Positions 1 through 9,694 of a stretch of DNA of 64,000 nucleotides are shown here, piece by piece. The notes below the pieces were generated by a model. The model did not search any database. It was given only the letters and a program-made list of their open reading frames with translations, and was not told the origin of the DNA. Position numbers and translations under genes: made by a program. The stretch comes from Clostridia bacterium (GTDB lineage: Bacteria; Bacillota; Clostridia; JAAYHZ01), in NCBI GenBank assembly GCA_050950825.1, contig JBMNIH010000010.1, forward strand, positions 205,181 to 269,180. Reading direction: 5' to 3'. The number at the start of each line of letters is the position of its first letter. The stretch's first letter is position 1.

Positions 1-16
1 TACTTAAAAAAGCTGA

Positions 17-400
17 TCAAAGGTTCCTTACCTTAAAATCGTAAGGCATGGATTTTGTTGCAATCACATTTACGCCGGTATTTAAAATGTTTTCATAAAC
101 CACATCACCGGCATTTATCGGAGCCGTATAAACGGTTTTTCGAATCTCCTTTACGGCTTCTCGAAGCATTTCCAAAGGTATTTCCCCGTCGGTTTTCACC
201 GGCAAGGGGAAGATACCTTTTGTTGTTTTGCAGAAAACCGTGGATGTTAAAACGCGGTAGGAGCAGACAAACTCTTTTTTTGCATACGCTTCTCCCTTTT
301 TGCATCGGTTCCCGGTTATACTTATAATGCTGTCGCCTTCATATTCCACATTGACGGTGCATCCTATGGGACATTGTATGCAGATAATTTTTTTATCCAT
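17..400 (-). CDS. DUF1667-family small CxxC protein (glycerol-3-phosphate oxidation operon accessory subunit)
   Basis: CIQCPIGC...GNRCKKG motif; last gene of the GlpA-like/FAD oxidoreductase operon typical of Clostridia. Confidence 0.8.
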   Translation of the reverse strand: MDKKIICIQCPIGCTVNVEYEGDSIISITGNRCKKGEAYAKKEFVCSYRVLTSTVFCKTTKGIFPLPVKTDGEIPLEMLREAVKEIRKTVYTAPINAGDVVYENILNTGVNVIATKSMPYDFKVRNL

Positions 401-403
401 ACA

Positions 404-1225
404 TCACGCACCTTCCTTCAATATTTTGTAAAGATCCATGATGGAATCGAATACATAACTCGGTTTTATGGAGGATGCGGCCAAATCCTCTTTGCTTGTA
501 GCACCGGTGAGCATTAATATGGAGGTCACTCCGTGGTAAACGCCCAAGGCGATGTCGGTGGCTAATCGGTCGCCTACAACGGCGATATCTTCTTTGTGAA
601 GCCCGGTGACGCGTAAAATCGCTTCGATGGTTTCCGGTTGAGGCTTCCCTAAATATTTCGGGGACTTACCCGTTGAAGCTTCGATCATGGCGCACATGGC
701 ACCGCAGTCCGGCAAAAAGCCTTTTTCTACCGGGCAGTTCACGTCGGGATGGGTGGCGATAAACTCGGCGCCGTTTCTTATATAATGGCACATTTTATCG
801 ATTTTTTCGTAGGTTAAAGTCAAATCAAAGCCGATGACCACAATGTCCGGATTTTCATCGGTAAGAGGGATCCCGTTTTCTCGAAAGGATTTTTCTAAAG
901 CCGGCGTTCCGGATAAGTAGACGGTTTTTCCGGGGCGCAGGGTCTTTAAAAAGTTAATGGTCACGTCTCCGGACGTCATGATTTTTTCAGGAGGTGCGTA
1001 AAAACCCAATCGATTCAACTTTTCCACGTACATGGTTCCGTCTTTGGAAGAGTTGTTGGTAAAAAACAAATAGTCTTTTCCTTGCTCCCTCAGGGTGTTA
1101 ATAAATTCAATGGCACCGGGGATGACCGTCTCCTCCAAATAAATGGTGCCGTCCATATCCAAAACAAATAGCTTTTTATTTTTTAATTCCGAATGATTTT
1201 TCAACGTTAAAAACTCCTTTTCCAT
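404..1225 (-). CDS. HAD-IIA (NagD-like) phosphatase
   Basis: DMDGT motif I, TNNS motif II, GKP and GDRLATD motifs; start reset to ATG 1225 (MEKEF) next to the upstream stop. Confidence 0.85.
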   Translation of the reverse strand: MEKEFLTLKNHSELKNKKLFVLDMDGTIYLEETVIPGAIEFINTLREQGKDYLFFTNNSSKDGTMYVEKLNRLGFYAPPEKIMTSGDVTINFLKTLRPGKTVYLSGTPALEKSFRENGIPLTDENPDIVVIGFDLTLTYEKIDKMCHYIRNGAEFIATHPDVNCPVEKGFLPDCGAMCAMIEASTGKSPKYLGKPQPETIEAILRVTGLHKEDIAVVGDRLATDIALGVYHGVTSILMLTGATSKEDLAASSIKPSYVFDSIMDLYKILKEGA

Positions 1226-1227
1226 AT

Positions 1228-2490
1228 TTATTCCGTTACGCTTACGGTTATCGGGGTCTTTTTTTCCAAAACGGTTTTCACACGGTCTTCGGGAAGGGTA
1301 ATCCGTACGGATTCTCCCGGCGTACAGCGAGATCTTTTTAATGATAACAAAAGAATGCCGTCGGAGGCTACCGTTATTGTACAATCTTTCATGGGTTTTG
1401 TCACACGGAACATAAGGGTCAGGGCGCCTTTCCCGTCTTTGGATAGGTGGGAAGGAACGGTGTAGCGAACATTGTCGCCGCACAATACCGGTATGCCGGA
1501 GCTTTCCTTTTCTTTTTGACCGTAAAGCACGTATTCCGCCGCATTTTCTCCCGCCCTTTCGCTTTCGTCCGTTACGTAATCCACAAGGTCGTGAACATGA
1601 AGACAATTCCCGCAGGAAAAGATGCCCGGAACCTCCGTCATAAAGCGATTGTCAATGAAGGGCCCCCCTGTGACCTTATTCATGGAGATATTCGTACCGG
1701 ATAAAATGTCGTTTTCCGGGATAAGGCCTACCGAAAGGATGAGAGTATCGCATTCTACGATTTCTCGGCTTTCGGGGATCGGCTTTAGGCTTTGGTCTAC
1801 TCTGCATACCTCAACCGCTTCAATCCTTTTTCTTCCGAAAATTTTCGTAACCGTGTGGCTGAGCTTTAAAGGTATGTTGTAATCGTTTAAACATTGAACG
1901 ATGTTGCGGGTTAAGCCGGAGCTATAAGGCAGCAATTCGTATACTCCTTTAACCGTTGCTCCTTCTAAGGTCATTCTTCTTGCCATAATCAAACCGATAT
2001 CTCCGGAGCCCAATATGACGATGTTTTTGCCCGGCAATTTGCCTTCTATGTTTACCCACCGCTGTACCGTGCCGGCGGTGTAGATTCCGGCAGGCCTTGT
2101 GCCCGGGATGTTAATAGCTCCTCTCGGACGCTCTCTGCAGCCCATGGCGAGAATTACGGCTTTGGCTTGTATTTGGTATGCTCCTATATCCTCGTTTACC
2201 GCCGTTACCGTAAGATCGTCGGAGACTTTGGTTACCATGGTGTTTAAACGAATGTCTATATTTGTTTTTTTGATGCGGTCGATAAAAATTCCGGCATACT
2301 CCGGACCGGTCAACCGCGTTTTAAACAACTGCAATCCGAAACCGTCGTGAATGCACTGGTTTAAGATGCCTCCGAGCTCTTTATCCCGTTCAATCAATAG
2401 GATGTTTTTTACGCCTTTTTCGTAAGCGGATAGGGCGGCTGCAAGTCCTGCCGGTCCTCCCCCGATAACAACTATATCCGTTTTAATCAT
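1228..2490 (-). CDS. FAD/NAD(P)-dependent oxidoreductase (partner of GlpA-like dehydrogenase)
   Basis: GGGPAGLAAA FAD motif, LGGILNQCIHDGFG, GSGDIG second Rossmann motif. Confidence 0.85.
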   Translation of the reverse strand: MIKTDIVVIGGGPAGLAAALSAYEKGVKNILLIERDKELGGILNQCIHDGFGLQLFKTRLTGPEYAGIFIDRIKKTNIDIRLNTMVTKVSDDLTVTAVNEDIGAYQIQAKAVILAMGCRERPRGAINIPGTRPAGIYTAGTVQRWVNIEGKLPGKNIVILGSGDIGLIMARRMTLEGATVKGVYELLPYSSGLTRNIVQCLNDYNIPLKLSHTVTKIFGRKRIEAVEVCRVDQSLKPIPESREIVECDTLILSVGLIPENDILSGTNISMNKVTGGPFIDNRFMTEVPGIFSCGNCLHVHDLVDYVTDESERAGENAAEYVLYGQKEKESSGIPVLCGDNVRYTVPSHLSKDGKGALTLMFRVTKPMKDCTITVASDGILLLSLKRSRCTPGESVRITLPEDRVKTVLEKKTPITVSVTE

Positions 2491-3925
2491 GTTCGATTTC
2501 TCCTTCTTTCAGGATGTAGGAGCCTTTTTCGTTTTTGCAGATTTCATAGGGAGAGCATTGCAGCTCCCTTGCCAAAATCTCCAAAACCTTCGGCATACAA
2601 AAGCCTCCTTGGCACCGTCCCATACCGGCCCGAACTCTTCTTTTCACGCCGTCCACGGTTGTCGCTCCTGCCGGCCGCCGAATGCTGTCGATGATTTCGC
2701 CTTCCGTTACGGATTCGCAGCGGCAAATAATTTTTCCGTAAGCCTTGTTTTTTTGAATCCAACGGTTCTGCTCTTCCAAAGGAAGCTCCGCGATACGGGG
2801 AATGCCTTGTCGGATTCTTACGGAATTCGGGTTTTCTTCCAAAAGGATTCCTTTGCTTTTTATCATTTCAATAACATACAATGCGATAGCCGGTGCCGCC
2901 GTCAGGCCGGGAGATTCAATGCCCGCCGCATGAAAGAACCTCGGGTTTTTTTCCGATTCTCTAATGATAAAGTCGCCTGTATCGGGAGTCGCACGAATTC
3001 CGCTGAAGGAGGTAATGGTTTTGTTTAAACGGATATTCGGTACGGCCGCCATAGCGCCTTTGATGACCTCATCCAGCCCGGATGCGGTGGTGGAGGTATC
3101 TTCTTTATCTTCGATCACCGAAGCGGTGGGGCCTAAAAGGAGATTTCCGTCCGCCGTAGGAGAAACAAGGATTCCTTTTCCCTTTTCGGAAGGGGGTTGA
3201 AAGATGACCGTGTTCACCGTTTTCCCTTCGGTTTTGTCCAATATGATGTATTCTCCTCGCCTCGGGATAATGGTAAAGCTGTTGTCATCCGCCATGGCCG
3301 CGATTTTGTCGGCAAAAACCCCGGCGGCATTGATCACGCATCGGGCCTTTACCGTATCCTTCGCCGATTTTATCAAGTAAAGGTCCTCGGTTTTTTCTAT
3401 TTTTTCAACTTTAAAATTTAAACGCAATTCCGCCCCGTTGGAAACGGCGTTTTCCGCGGCGGCAATGGTTAATTGGTAAGGGCATACGATACCTGCCCCC
3501 TTCGCATACAAGGCTCCTTGTACCCCGGGGTGAATGTTAGGCTCTAAACGCATGGTCTCTTCGCGGTTTAACAAGAACAGCTCCGAAACTCCGTTTTCCA
3601 ATCCTCTTTGGTATAGCTTTCGGATGGAATCCGTGCCCTCTTGATCAAAGGCAGCGACAATGGAACCGCATTTTTTGTAGGGTACGTCCAGCTCTTGAAC
3701 GGTTTTTTCCATCAGAGCGCATCCTAAAACGTTCAATTTGGCCTTTAAAGTGCCTGGCTTCGCGTCGTAGCCTGCATGTACAATACCGCTGTTGGCCTTG
3801 CTGGATCCCGATGCCACGTCGTTTCCTTTCTCGAGCAGGCAGATTTTTGCTCGGTACATGGACAGCTCCCTTGCGATCATACAGCCGACAACTCCCGCAC
3901 CGATAATGACAAAATCGTAGATCAT
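2483..3925 (-). CDS. GlpA-like FAD-dependent glycerol-3-phosphate dehydrogenase with C-terminal BFD-like [2Fe-2S] domain
   Basis: GAGVVG, SKANSGIVHAG, C-terminal CRCE...GRCQGGFC cluster. Confidence 0.85.
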   Translation of the reverse strand: MIYDFVIIGAGVVGCMIARELSMYRAKICLLEKGNDVASGSSKANSGIVHAGYDAKPGTLKAKLNVLGCALMEKTVQELDVPYKKCGSIVAAFDQEGTDSIRKLYQRGLENGVSELFLLNREETMRLEPNIHPGVQGALYAKGAGIVCPYQLTIAAAENAVSNGAELRLNFKVEKIEKTEDLYLIKSAKDTVKARCVINAAGVFADKIAAMADDNSFTIIPRRGEYIILDKTEGKTVNTVIFQPPSEKGKGILVSPTADGNLLLGPTASVIEDKEDTSTTASGLDEVIKGAMAAVPNIRLNKTITSFSGIRATPDTGDFIIRESEKNPRFFHAAGIESPGLTAAPAIALYVIEMIKSKGILLEENPNSVRIRQGIPRIAELPLEEQNRWIQKNKAYGKIICRCESVTEGEIIDSIRRPAGATTVDGVKRRVRAGMGRCQGGFCMPKVLEILARELQCSPYEICKNEKGSYILKEGEIEHD

Positions 3926-3945
3926 GAAAAACCTCCGTTATTTAT

Positions 3946-4006
3946 AAAACAAAAGCACCAAAGAACCCCACGGTTGAGGTTATTTGGTGCGTCTCCTGAT
4001 CTCCAC
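3946..4006 (-). promoter_or_regulatory. 5' leader terminator of the glp operon, GlpP-antiterminator type
   Basis: On minus strand: TGGAGATCAGGAGAC, then hairpin GCACCAAATAACC/GGTTCTTTGGTGC (3955-3989) and U-tract, between promoter and RBS. Confidence 0.6.
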
Positions 4007-4032
4007 GCAAAAATATTTCTTTGTTACCTTTT

Positions 4033-4061
4033 ATTATATACCTTCAAAAGCAATATGACAA
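4033..4061 (-). promoter_or_regulatory. sigma-A type promoter of the glp operon
   Basis: TTGTCA-17 bp-TATAAT on minus strand. Confidence 0.6.
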
Positions 4062-4207
4062 CGGTTCTTTTTTACTTTTTCAAAGAGGGAAATGAAAAGG
4101 CTTTATGAAAAATCATCCGTATTTTATCTTTCGTAGTGATATAATAAACCAAAGCGGAAAAAAGGGATACCTTTCCGCCTCATTTCACCAAAAAACGAGG
4201 TGACGTT

Positions 4208-5059
4208 ATGAAGAAGATTGACTTTCACGTACATACCATGACTACGCGGATGGCTCATTGGAGAAGGGCGACTCCCGAAGAGCTGTTCGACATCTACGAA
4301 AAACTCGGTGTGGAAAAAGGGGTCATACTTCCTTCCGTTCAGCAGAACGAGGAAGCCATTGACATCGTAGAAAAATATCCGGACCGGTTTTATTGGTTTT
4401 GCAACATCGATCCTCGAATGGGAAGAAATCGACCGGACACCGACTTGTCCTACTTTATTTCCTACTACAAGTCCAAAGGGGCCAAAGGAGTAGGGGAAGT
4501 GACCTGCAACCTGTATTTCGACGATCCTTTTGTGGACAACCTGTTTTACCACTGCGAAAAAAATAAAATGCCTTTGTTGTTCCACATCGGACCTCAAATA
4601 GGGAATTGCTACGGTTTGGTGGATGATTTGGGCCTTCCGAGGTTGGAAAAGATGCTGGCCAAATATCCGGATTTGATTGTCATCGGTCATTCCCAGCCTT
4701 TCTGGGCGGAAATCAGCGCCGATGTCACAAACGAGAACCGCAACTCCTATCCGAAGGGAAAGGTCAAACCCGGGCGACTTTTAGAGCTTTTCCGAAAATA
4801 TCCGAACCTTTATGCGGATTTGTCTCCCGAAGCCGGAAGCGGCTTCAACGCCATTGCAAGAGATCCGGAGTTCGGTTATCAATTCTTAGAGGAATTTTCC
4901 GACCGACTGTTATACGGATCGGATATCTGCTCGCCTCATGACCGATTGGCTCTTGCCCAATGGTTGGACGATGCCGTTGCCAATAAAAAGATATCCCAAG
5001 AGGCTTATGAAAAAATCTGCAGGACAAATGCGCTCCGCATTCTGGAAGGGGGTCGTTGA
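4208..5059 (+). CDS. amidohydrolase_2 family protein (copy 1 of tandem duplicate)
   Basis: IDFHVH, LFHIG, IGHS, YGSD metal-ligand motifs; GAGGTG RBS. Confidence 0.85.
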   Translation: MKKIDFHVHTMTTRMAHWRRATPEELFDIYEKLGVEKGVILPSVQQNEEAIDIVEKYPDRFYWFCNIDPRMGRNRPDTDLSYFISYYKSKGAKGVGEVTCNLYFDDPFVDNLFYHCEKNKMPLLFHIGPQIGNCYGLVDDLGLPRLEKMLAKYPDLIVIGHSQPFWAEISADVTNENRNSYPKGKVKPGRLLELFRKYPNLYADLSPEAGSGFNAIARDPEFGYQFLEEFSDRLLYGSDICSPHDRLALAQWLDDAVANKKISQEAYEKICRTNALRILEGGR

Positions 5060-5060
5060 C

Positions 5061-5942
5061 ATGTTGAAGAAAATTGATATGCACGTTCATACCATTATGA
5101 GAAGAGGGATCTTGCGAATGGGAACGAACACGACCTTCGCAACGCCGGAAGAGCTGTCCCTTATGTATGAAAGATTAGGAATCGAAAAAGGCGTCATTCT
5201 CCCCGAGGTCAATTTTGAATGCGCAAGCCACATGCAGTCCAACGAGGATGCCATTCGCATCGTGGAAAAATACCCGGACATGTTTTATTGGTTCTGTAAT
5301 ATCGATCCGCGGATGGAGAGAAACGACATCCGTATGGACCTTTCGAGGGTCATCGAGAATTACAAAGCTCTAGGAGCAAAAGGGGTAGGAGAAGTATGCG
5401 CCAACCTGTATTTCGACGATCCTTTCATGGAAAACCTCTTTTACCATTGTGAAAAAACGGAGATGCCCGTTTTGTTCCATATAGGCCCCCAAGTCGGAGG
5501 CTGCTACGGTATTGTAGACGATTTGGGCTTACCTCGATTGGAAAAAATGCTGAAGAAATTCCCCGGACTGCAATTTATCGGCCATTCCCAGCCCTTCTGG
5601 GCGGAAATCGGTGCCGATGCGACGGAAGCCAACCGAAACTCCTATCCTACGGGGAAAGTGGTCCCGGGACGATTGATTGAGCTTTTCGAGCTTTATCCTA
5701 ATCTGTACGGGGATATGTCCGCAGGAAGTGGCTTCAATGCCGTAGCCCGCGATCCGGAGTTCGGATATGCCTTCATTGAAAAATACCAAGATCGCTTGTA
5801 CTTCGGTACGGATATTTGTGCACCGGAAAACGACATGCAATTGTCCTTCTGGCTGGATGAAGCGGTTCAAAACAAGAAAATTTCCCAAACGGCCTATGAA
5901 AAGGTTTGCAGGGGCAATGCCTTGAAGCTTTTAGAACGATAA
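5061..5942 (+). CDS. amidohydrolase_2 family protein (copy 2 of tandem duplicate)
   Basis: IDMHVH, LFHIG, IGHS, FGTD; start reset to ATG 5061 right after the upstream stop. Confidence 0.85.
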   Translation: MLKKIDMHVHTIMRRGILRMGTNTTFATPEELSLMYERLGIEKGVILPEVNFECASHMQSNEDAIRIVEKYPDMFYWFCNIDPRMERNDIRMDLSRVIENYKALGAKGVGEVCANLYFDDPFMENLFYHCEKTEMPVLFHIGPQVGGCYGIVDDLGLPRLEKMLKKFPGLQFIGHSQPFWAEIGADATEANRNSYPTGKVVPGRLIELFELYPNLYGDMSAGSGFNAVARDPEFGYAFIEKYQDRLYFGTDICAPENDMQLSFWLDEAVQNKKISQTAYEKVCRGNALKLLER

Positions 5943-5956
5943 AGGAGGATAGAGCC

Positions 5957-6922
5957 TTGAAATTCGGTATATTAGGTGCGGCACACGGACATATTGCCTC
6001 GTTTGCGGCGTCCATGATAAAAAAGGGGCATACCTTCGTCGGTATATACGACCCCGTGAAAAAAAGAACCGAATCCTATGTAACTCGTTTTTCGGTTCCC
6101 GTTTTCGACAGCCCGGAGGATTTATTAAAGACCGGGGCGGAGGTTATCGGAACCTCGGCGGTAAACAACACAAAAATCGATGTTTATGAATTATGCGAAT
6201 CCTATGGGGCTCATGTCATTGCGGACAAACCGGTTGTTACCGATTACGAGCAATACGAGCGCTTGAAAAAAATCATCGAAAGAGGAAGGATCCAAATCGG
6301 ACTGCTCTTGACGCTACGATTTTCCCCCCCTTATGTCCGTTTGAAAAGCCTTATTGATGAAGGCGCTTTAGGCGATCTTTTATCCTTTGAGTTTCATAAC
6401 CCTCACAACTTGAATCCTTCCGCTCGTGAGGACTGGCATTTTTCCAATACGGAAAACGGCGGGCTTATCATCGATTTGATCATACACTGCGCCGATTTGT
6501 TGAACTGGTACGTGGGCGATGTAAAGGATCCGGTGTATTCCGCAACGAAAAGAAAGACGGTATTGCCGGAAAAGGAAACCTTCTTCGATTACGCGGACGT
6601 GTATATGCAAACACAAGAGGGGATTACCGCTTTCTTTAAAACCGGTTGGCTCATGCCGGAGTGCGCTTCCGCCTCCGGGTACCGTGTGGTGGTGTCCGGG
6701 TCCAAGGGCACGGCGGTTATCGATAACGGTACGTTGAAGGTGTGCTGCAACGGCCGTCCCTTTGAGGAGGTTTCTTGTCCTTCCGTTGCCGAAGATCCTA
6801 CTGCGGATTTCCTTTTGGGTATCGAAGGAAAGGAACGGCTGATTACCCACGAAGCCATTTTAAAAGCAACGAAAATGACGCTGGATATGGACAAAGCGGC
6901 TCGGATTATAAAGAATTGCTAA
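5957..6922 (+). CDS. Gfo/Idh/MocA family oxidoreductase
   Basis: FGILGAAHGH N-terminus, DKP variant of EKP motif, DLIIHCAD; TTG start after AAGGAGG. Confidence 0.8.
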   Translation: MKFGILGAAHGHIASFAASMIKKGHTFVGIYDPVKKRTESYVTRFSVPVFDSPEDLLKTGAEVIGTSAVNNTKIDVYELCESYGAHVIADKPVVTDYEQYERLKKIIERGRIQIGLLLTLRFSPPYVRLKSLIDEGALGDLLSFEFHNPHNLNPSAREDWHFSNTENGGLIIDLIIHCADLLNWYVGDVKDPVYSATKRKTVLPEKETFFDYADVYMQTQEGITAFFKTGWLMPECASASGYRVVVSGSKGTAVIDNGTLKVCCNGRPFEEVSCPSVAEDPTADFLLGIEGKERLITHEAILKATKMTLDMDKAARIIKNC

Positions 6923-6944
6923 AAGATAAAATATGAAAAACGAT

Positions 6945-6975
6945 TAAAAAAGGGGCATCCGTTCGGATGCCCCTT
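6945..6975 (-). terminator. intrinsic terminator between convergent oxidoreductases
   Basis: AAGGGGCATCC-GTTC-GGATGCCCCTT hairpin with U-tract on minus strand. Confidence 0.75.
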
Positions 6976-6992
6976 ATCCTATGGAATAGGCT

Positions 6993-8066
6993 TTACTTGC
7001 AATCGTTTTTGTCCATGCCTCTTCGGTCCCAAGGTCTGTTTAATCCCAATCCTCTTAAATCGGCTACGATGCCCTTTTCCTCCGCATCGTACAAACGCCA
7101 GATAACCCGAAGTCCTTGGATGCTTTCCGGCCCGTCGGTGTTAGGACGTTTTCCGGTTCTTACGCATTCGAAGAAGTGTCGATTTTCTTCGTTGGTGTTT
7201 TTACCGGTGCTATTGTCTTCAAACACCAATTCCGTTTGGTTCTTGCCGTATTGTTCTCCTCGAAGGTTATTATGAACATATATTTTTCGTGCAACCAAGT
7301 CGGCCTCGATCATGCCTTCTCTGCAGTGGGCATGAATGCTGTACCTTAATTTGGAGCCTTTGGCTCCCCATGTTCCGAAATGATACCCCATGGCACCGTT
7401 TGCAAAAGTCATCGTGACGTTGCTGGTGCCTTCCTTTTCCATCCATTCCGTTCCGTAATTGCTGCCCATGTGGACGCCGCTGACGGGATCGCCTAAGAAC
7501 CAAAGCAGAAGGTCGATGTAGTGGCAGCCGTGGCTAAAAAGCTGTCCTCCTCCTAATGTGTCTTTACGGTGCATCCAGCTGCCGTCTTCTCTTCTCGTAT
7601 ATTGCTCGGTCCATATGGAAATTTGGAAGCAGTCGCCCAGCTCTTTTTTGTCCAGCATTTCCTTCAGCTTCAGCACCACCGGATTGTACCGCTGGACGTA
7701 GGCGGTCATTAAGACCAAATTTCTTCTCTGGGCGGTATGTATCAGGTCCAAGCATTCGTCTTCGGTATTGGCCAGCGGTTTTTCCATGAGAACATGCTTG
7801 CCGCTGTTTAAAAAATACATACCGCATTCGTAATGAAGATAATGAGGCAGCGCAATCAAGACCGCGTCCACTTTGTCTACAATATCTCTGTAATCGGTTA
7901 CATAGGTATCGCAATTCAAAGCGTCGGCCATTCTTTTTGCCCGTGCGATATCGATATCCACCGTGGCGGTTACCTGAACGTCTTCCGCAAATTGATCTTT
8001 CATATTCACTTGGTGAGCGGTTGCCATTCCGCCGCATCCCACAATTCCCAAACGTATGATACTCAT
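6993..8066 (-). CDS. Gfo/Idh/MocA family oxidoreductase
   Basis: GIVGCGGMA, HVLMEKPLA, GGGQLFSHGCHYID. Confidence 0.9.
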   Translation of the reverse strand: MSIIRLGIVGCGGMATAHQVNMKDQFAEDVQVTATVDIDIARAKRMADALNCDTYVTDYRDIVDKVDAVLIALPHYLHYECGMYFLNSGKHVLMEKPLANTEDECLDLIHTAQRRNLVLMTAYVQRYNPVVLKLKEMLDKKELGDCFQISIWTEQYTRREDGSWMHRKDTLGGGQLFSHGCHYIDLLLWFLGDPVSGVHMGSNYGTEWMEKEGTSNVTMTFANGAMGYHFGTWGAKGSKLRYSIHAHCREGMIEADLVARKIYVHNNLRGEQYGKNQTELVFEDNSTGKNTNEENRHFFECVRTGKRPNTDGPESIQGLRVIWRLYDAEEKGIVADLRGLGLNRPWDRRGMDKNDCK

Positions 8067-8213
8067 TGCAAACCTCCGGAGGTTATTGTTGCTTCCATTA
8101 TATACAAGTTATCGGCTCGTGTCGAACACAAAAATGCAAAACCGGCATAATTCCGGTTAGGATATGATATAATGTTTAAGCGGTAATACCTATGGATAGG
8201 GGGATATTTTCAT

Positions 8214-8795
8214 ATGCAGGACCAAGACCAAAGCAGAATCGACTTGACATCGGATGTGAAAAAAGCCAACAAAGCTTTATTCCCCATAATGCTGCTTTTG
8301 ATTGCCTTTATCTATTTTTTATACAACAACATCAACAACTCAAACCTTTATAACGATTTAAGATCCGCCGTAGGTTCTTACGATAATACATTTTTGTTTT
8401 TGCTGATATATTTGTTATGCCTTGTGTTCCTCATTATTTTCCATGCTTATCTTCACGCTTTTTTCCTAATTATTTTCGGACACTTGAAAAAAGAAAATAT
8501 TAAAGTGGTGATAGAGAATAAAAAGCTGATGCCTTTCGTAAGCCACGATGTTCCGGTTCAAGTAGCCGCTTATCGCAGGGCCTTGTTTTTGCCGTATCTT
8601 TTGTTGGGCTTGGCTCCTTTGGCTTACGGTATCATGGAGCGCTTGCCCTTGATCGTGTTTGCCGGCATGCTGATTTGCATATGCTATATGGGCGACATTC
8701 CTCTTTTGTTTAAATTGGCTAAGATCGATAAAGAATACATGGCCATATCCCATCCGGGAAAATACGGATGTTTTCTGTACAAGAAGAAAAAATAA
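8214..8795 (+). CDS. DUF3267-like membrane protein (metalloprotease-like; HExxH degenerate)
   Basis: several TM segments, HAYLH at the HExxH position, LPYLLLG and GD motifs, C-terminal HP..GC. Confidence 0.55.
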   Translation: MQDQDQSRIDLTSDVKKANKALFPIMLLLIAFIYFLYNNINNSNLYNDLRSAVGSYDNTFLFLLIYLLCLVFLIIFHAYLHAFFLIIFGHLKKENIKVVIENKKLMPFVSHDVPVQVAAYRRALFLPYLLLGLAPLAYGIMERLPLIVFAGMLICICYMGDIPLLFKLAKIDKEYMAISHPGKYGCFLYKKKK

Positions 8796-8875
8796 CTCGT
8801 TATTTACTACCGTTTACAATATTTTTGTGCAGTGTGATATAATAAGGCATACTGTTGATGATAGGAGGAATACAG

Positions 8876-9694
8876 ATGCAGTCATTTGCCGATAAACTAA
8901 AGATTTTTAAAGAAAATAAAGTCGTGAACTGGCACGAGCATGTTTGGGCGGATGCAAAGGGCAATCTCAATGTTGCCGATGCGGACAGGCTGGTAGAAGG
9001 TGCCAAAAAAGCAGGCTTCGATGTTCTGGTATGTTCTCTTCCCGTTACTCGAGGCAATCCGGCTCCGGAAATGTGCAAAAGGTATAACGACCTTGTTTAT
9101 GAAGCCATGAATCGATATCCCGGTATCATTCAAGGTATGTGCTATGTCAATCCCGGATACGCCAAGGAGGCTGTCAAGGAAATCGACCGTTGTATCAACG
9201 AATTGGGTATGATCGGCGTTAAGCTTTACAATCAATATTACCTTTCCGATCCTGCGGTACATAGCGTGATTGAAAAATGTATCGAATTGGATATCCCGAT
9301 TTTGGAGCATGCCGGTAAAATGCACCCCCGTTCGGAAGACCAACCGTTTATATCCGACGGAACCCACTTTGCCATGGCGGCGGAAAAGTTCCCCGAAGCC
9401 CTGTTCATATACGCCCATATCGGCGGAGGCGGGGACTATCATTGGTCCTTGAAAGCCATAGCCGATTATCCGAACATTTTCTTGGATATTAGCGGAAGTA
9501 TTTATGACGAGGACATAATCGAAGAAACCGTTCGTAAAATCGGTGTGGAACGGGTTATGTTCGGTACCGACGGTTCTTTCAGTTCCTCGATGGGGAAATT
9601 GTTAGGCTGCAAATTAAGCGAAGCCGAAAAGATCGCCATACTAAACAACAAGACCATGGAAAGGTACTTGGAGAGGGGGATGAAGAGATGTTAA
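8876..9694 (+). CDS. amidohydrolase_2 family protein, metal ligands intact
   Basis: HEH, LEHAG, YAHIGGG, FGTD; ATG 8876 after AGGAGG. Confidence 0.85.
   Translation: MQSFADKLKIFKENKVVNWHEHVWADAKGNLNVADADRLVEGAKKAGFDVLVCSLPVTRGNPAPEMCKRYNDLVYEAMNRYPGIIQGMCYVNPGYAKEAVKEIDRCINELGMIGVKLYNQYYLSDPAVHSVIEKCIELDIPILEHAGKMHPRSEDQPFISDGTHFAMAAEKFPEALFIYAHIGGGGDYHWSLKAIADYPNIFLDISGSIYDEDIIEETVRKIGVERVMFGTDGSFSSSMGKLLGCKLSEAEKIAILNNKTMERYLERGMKRC

Noticed and set aside
1226-1606. N-terminal extension of the 404..1606 ORF
   Set aside because: Overlaps the FAD oxidoreductase in another frame; HAD motifs start only after ATG 1225.
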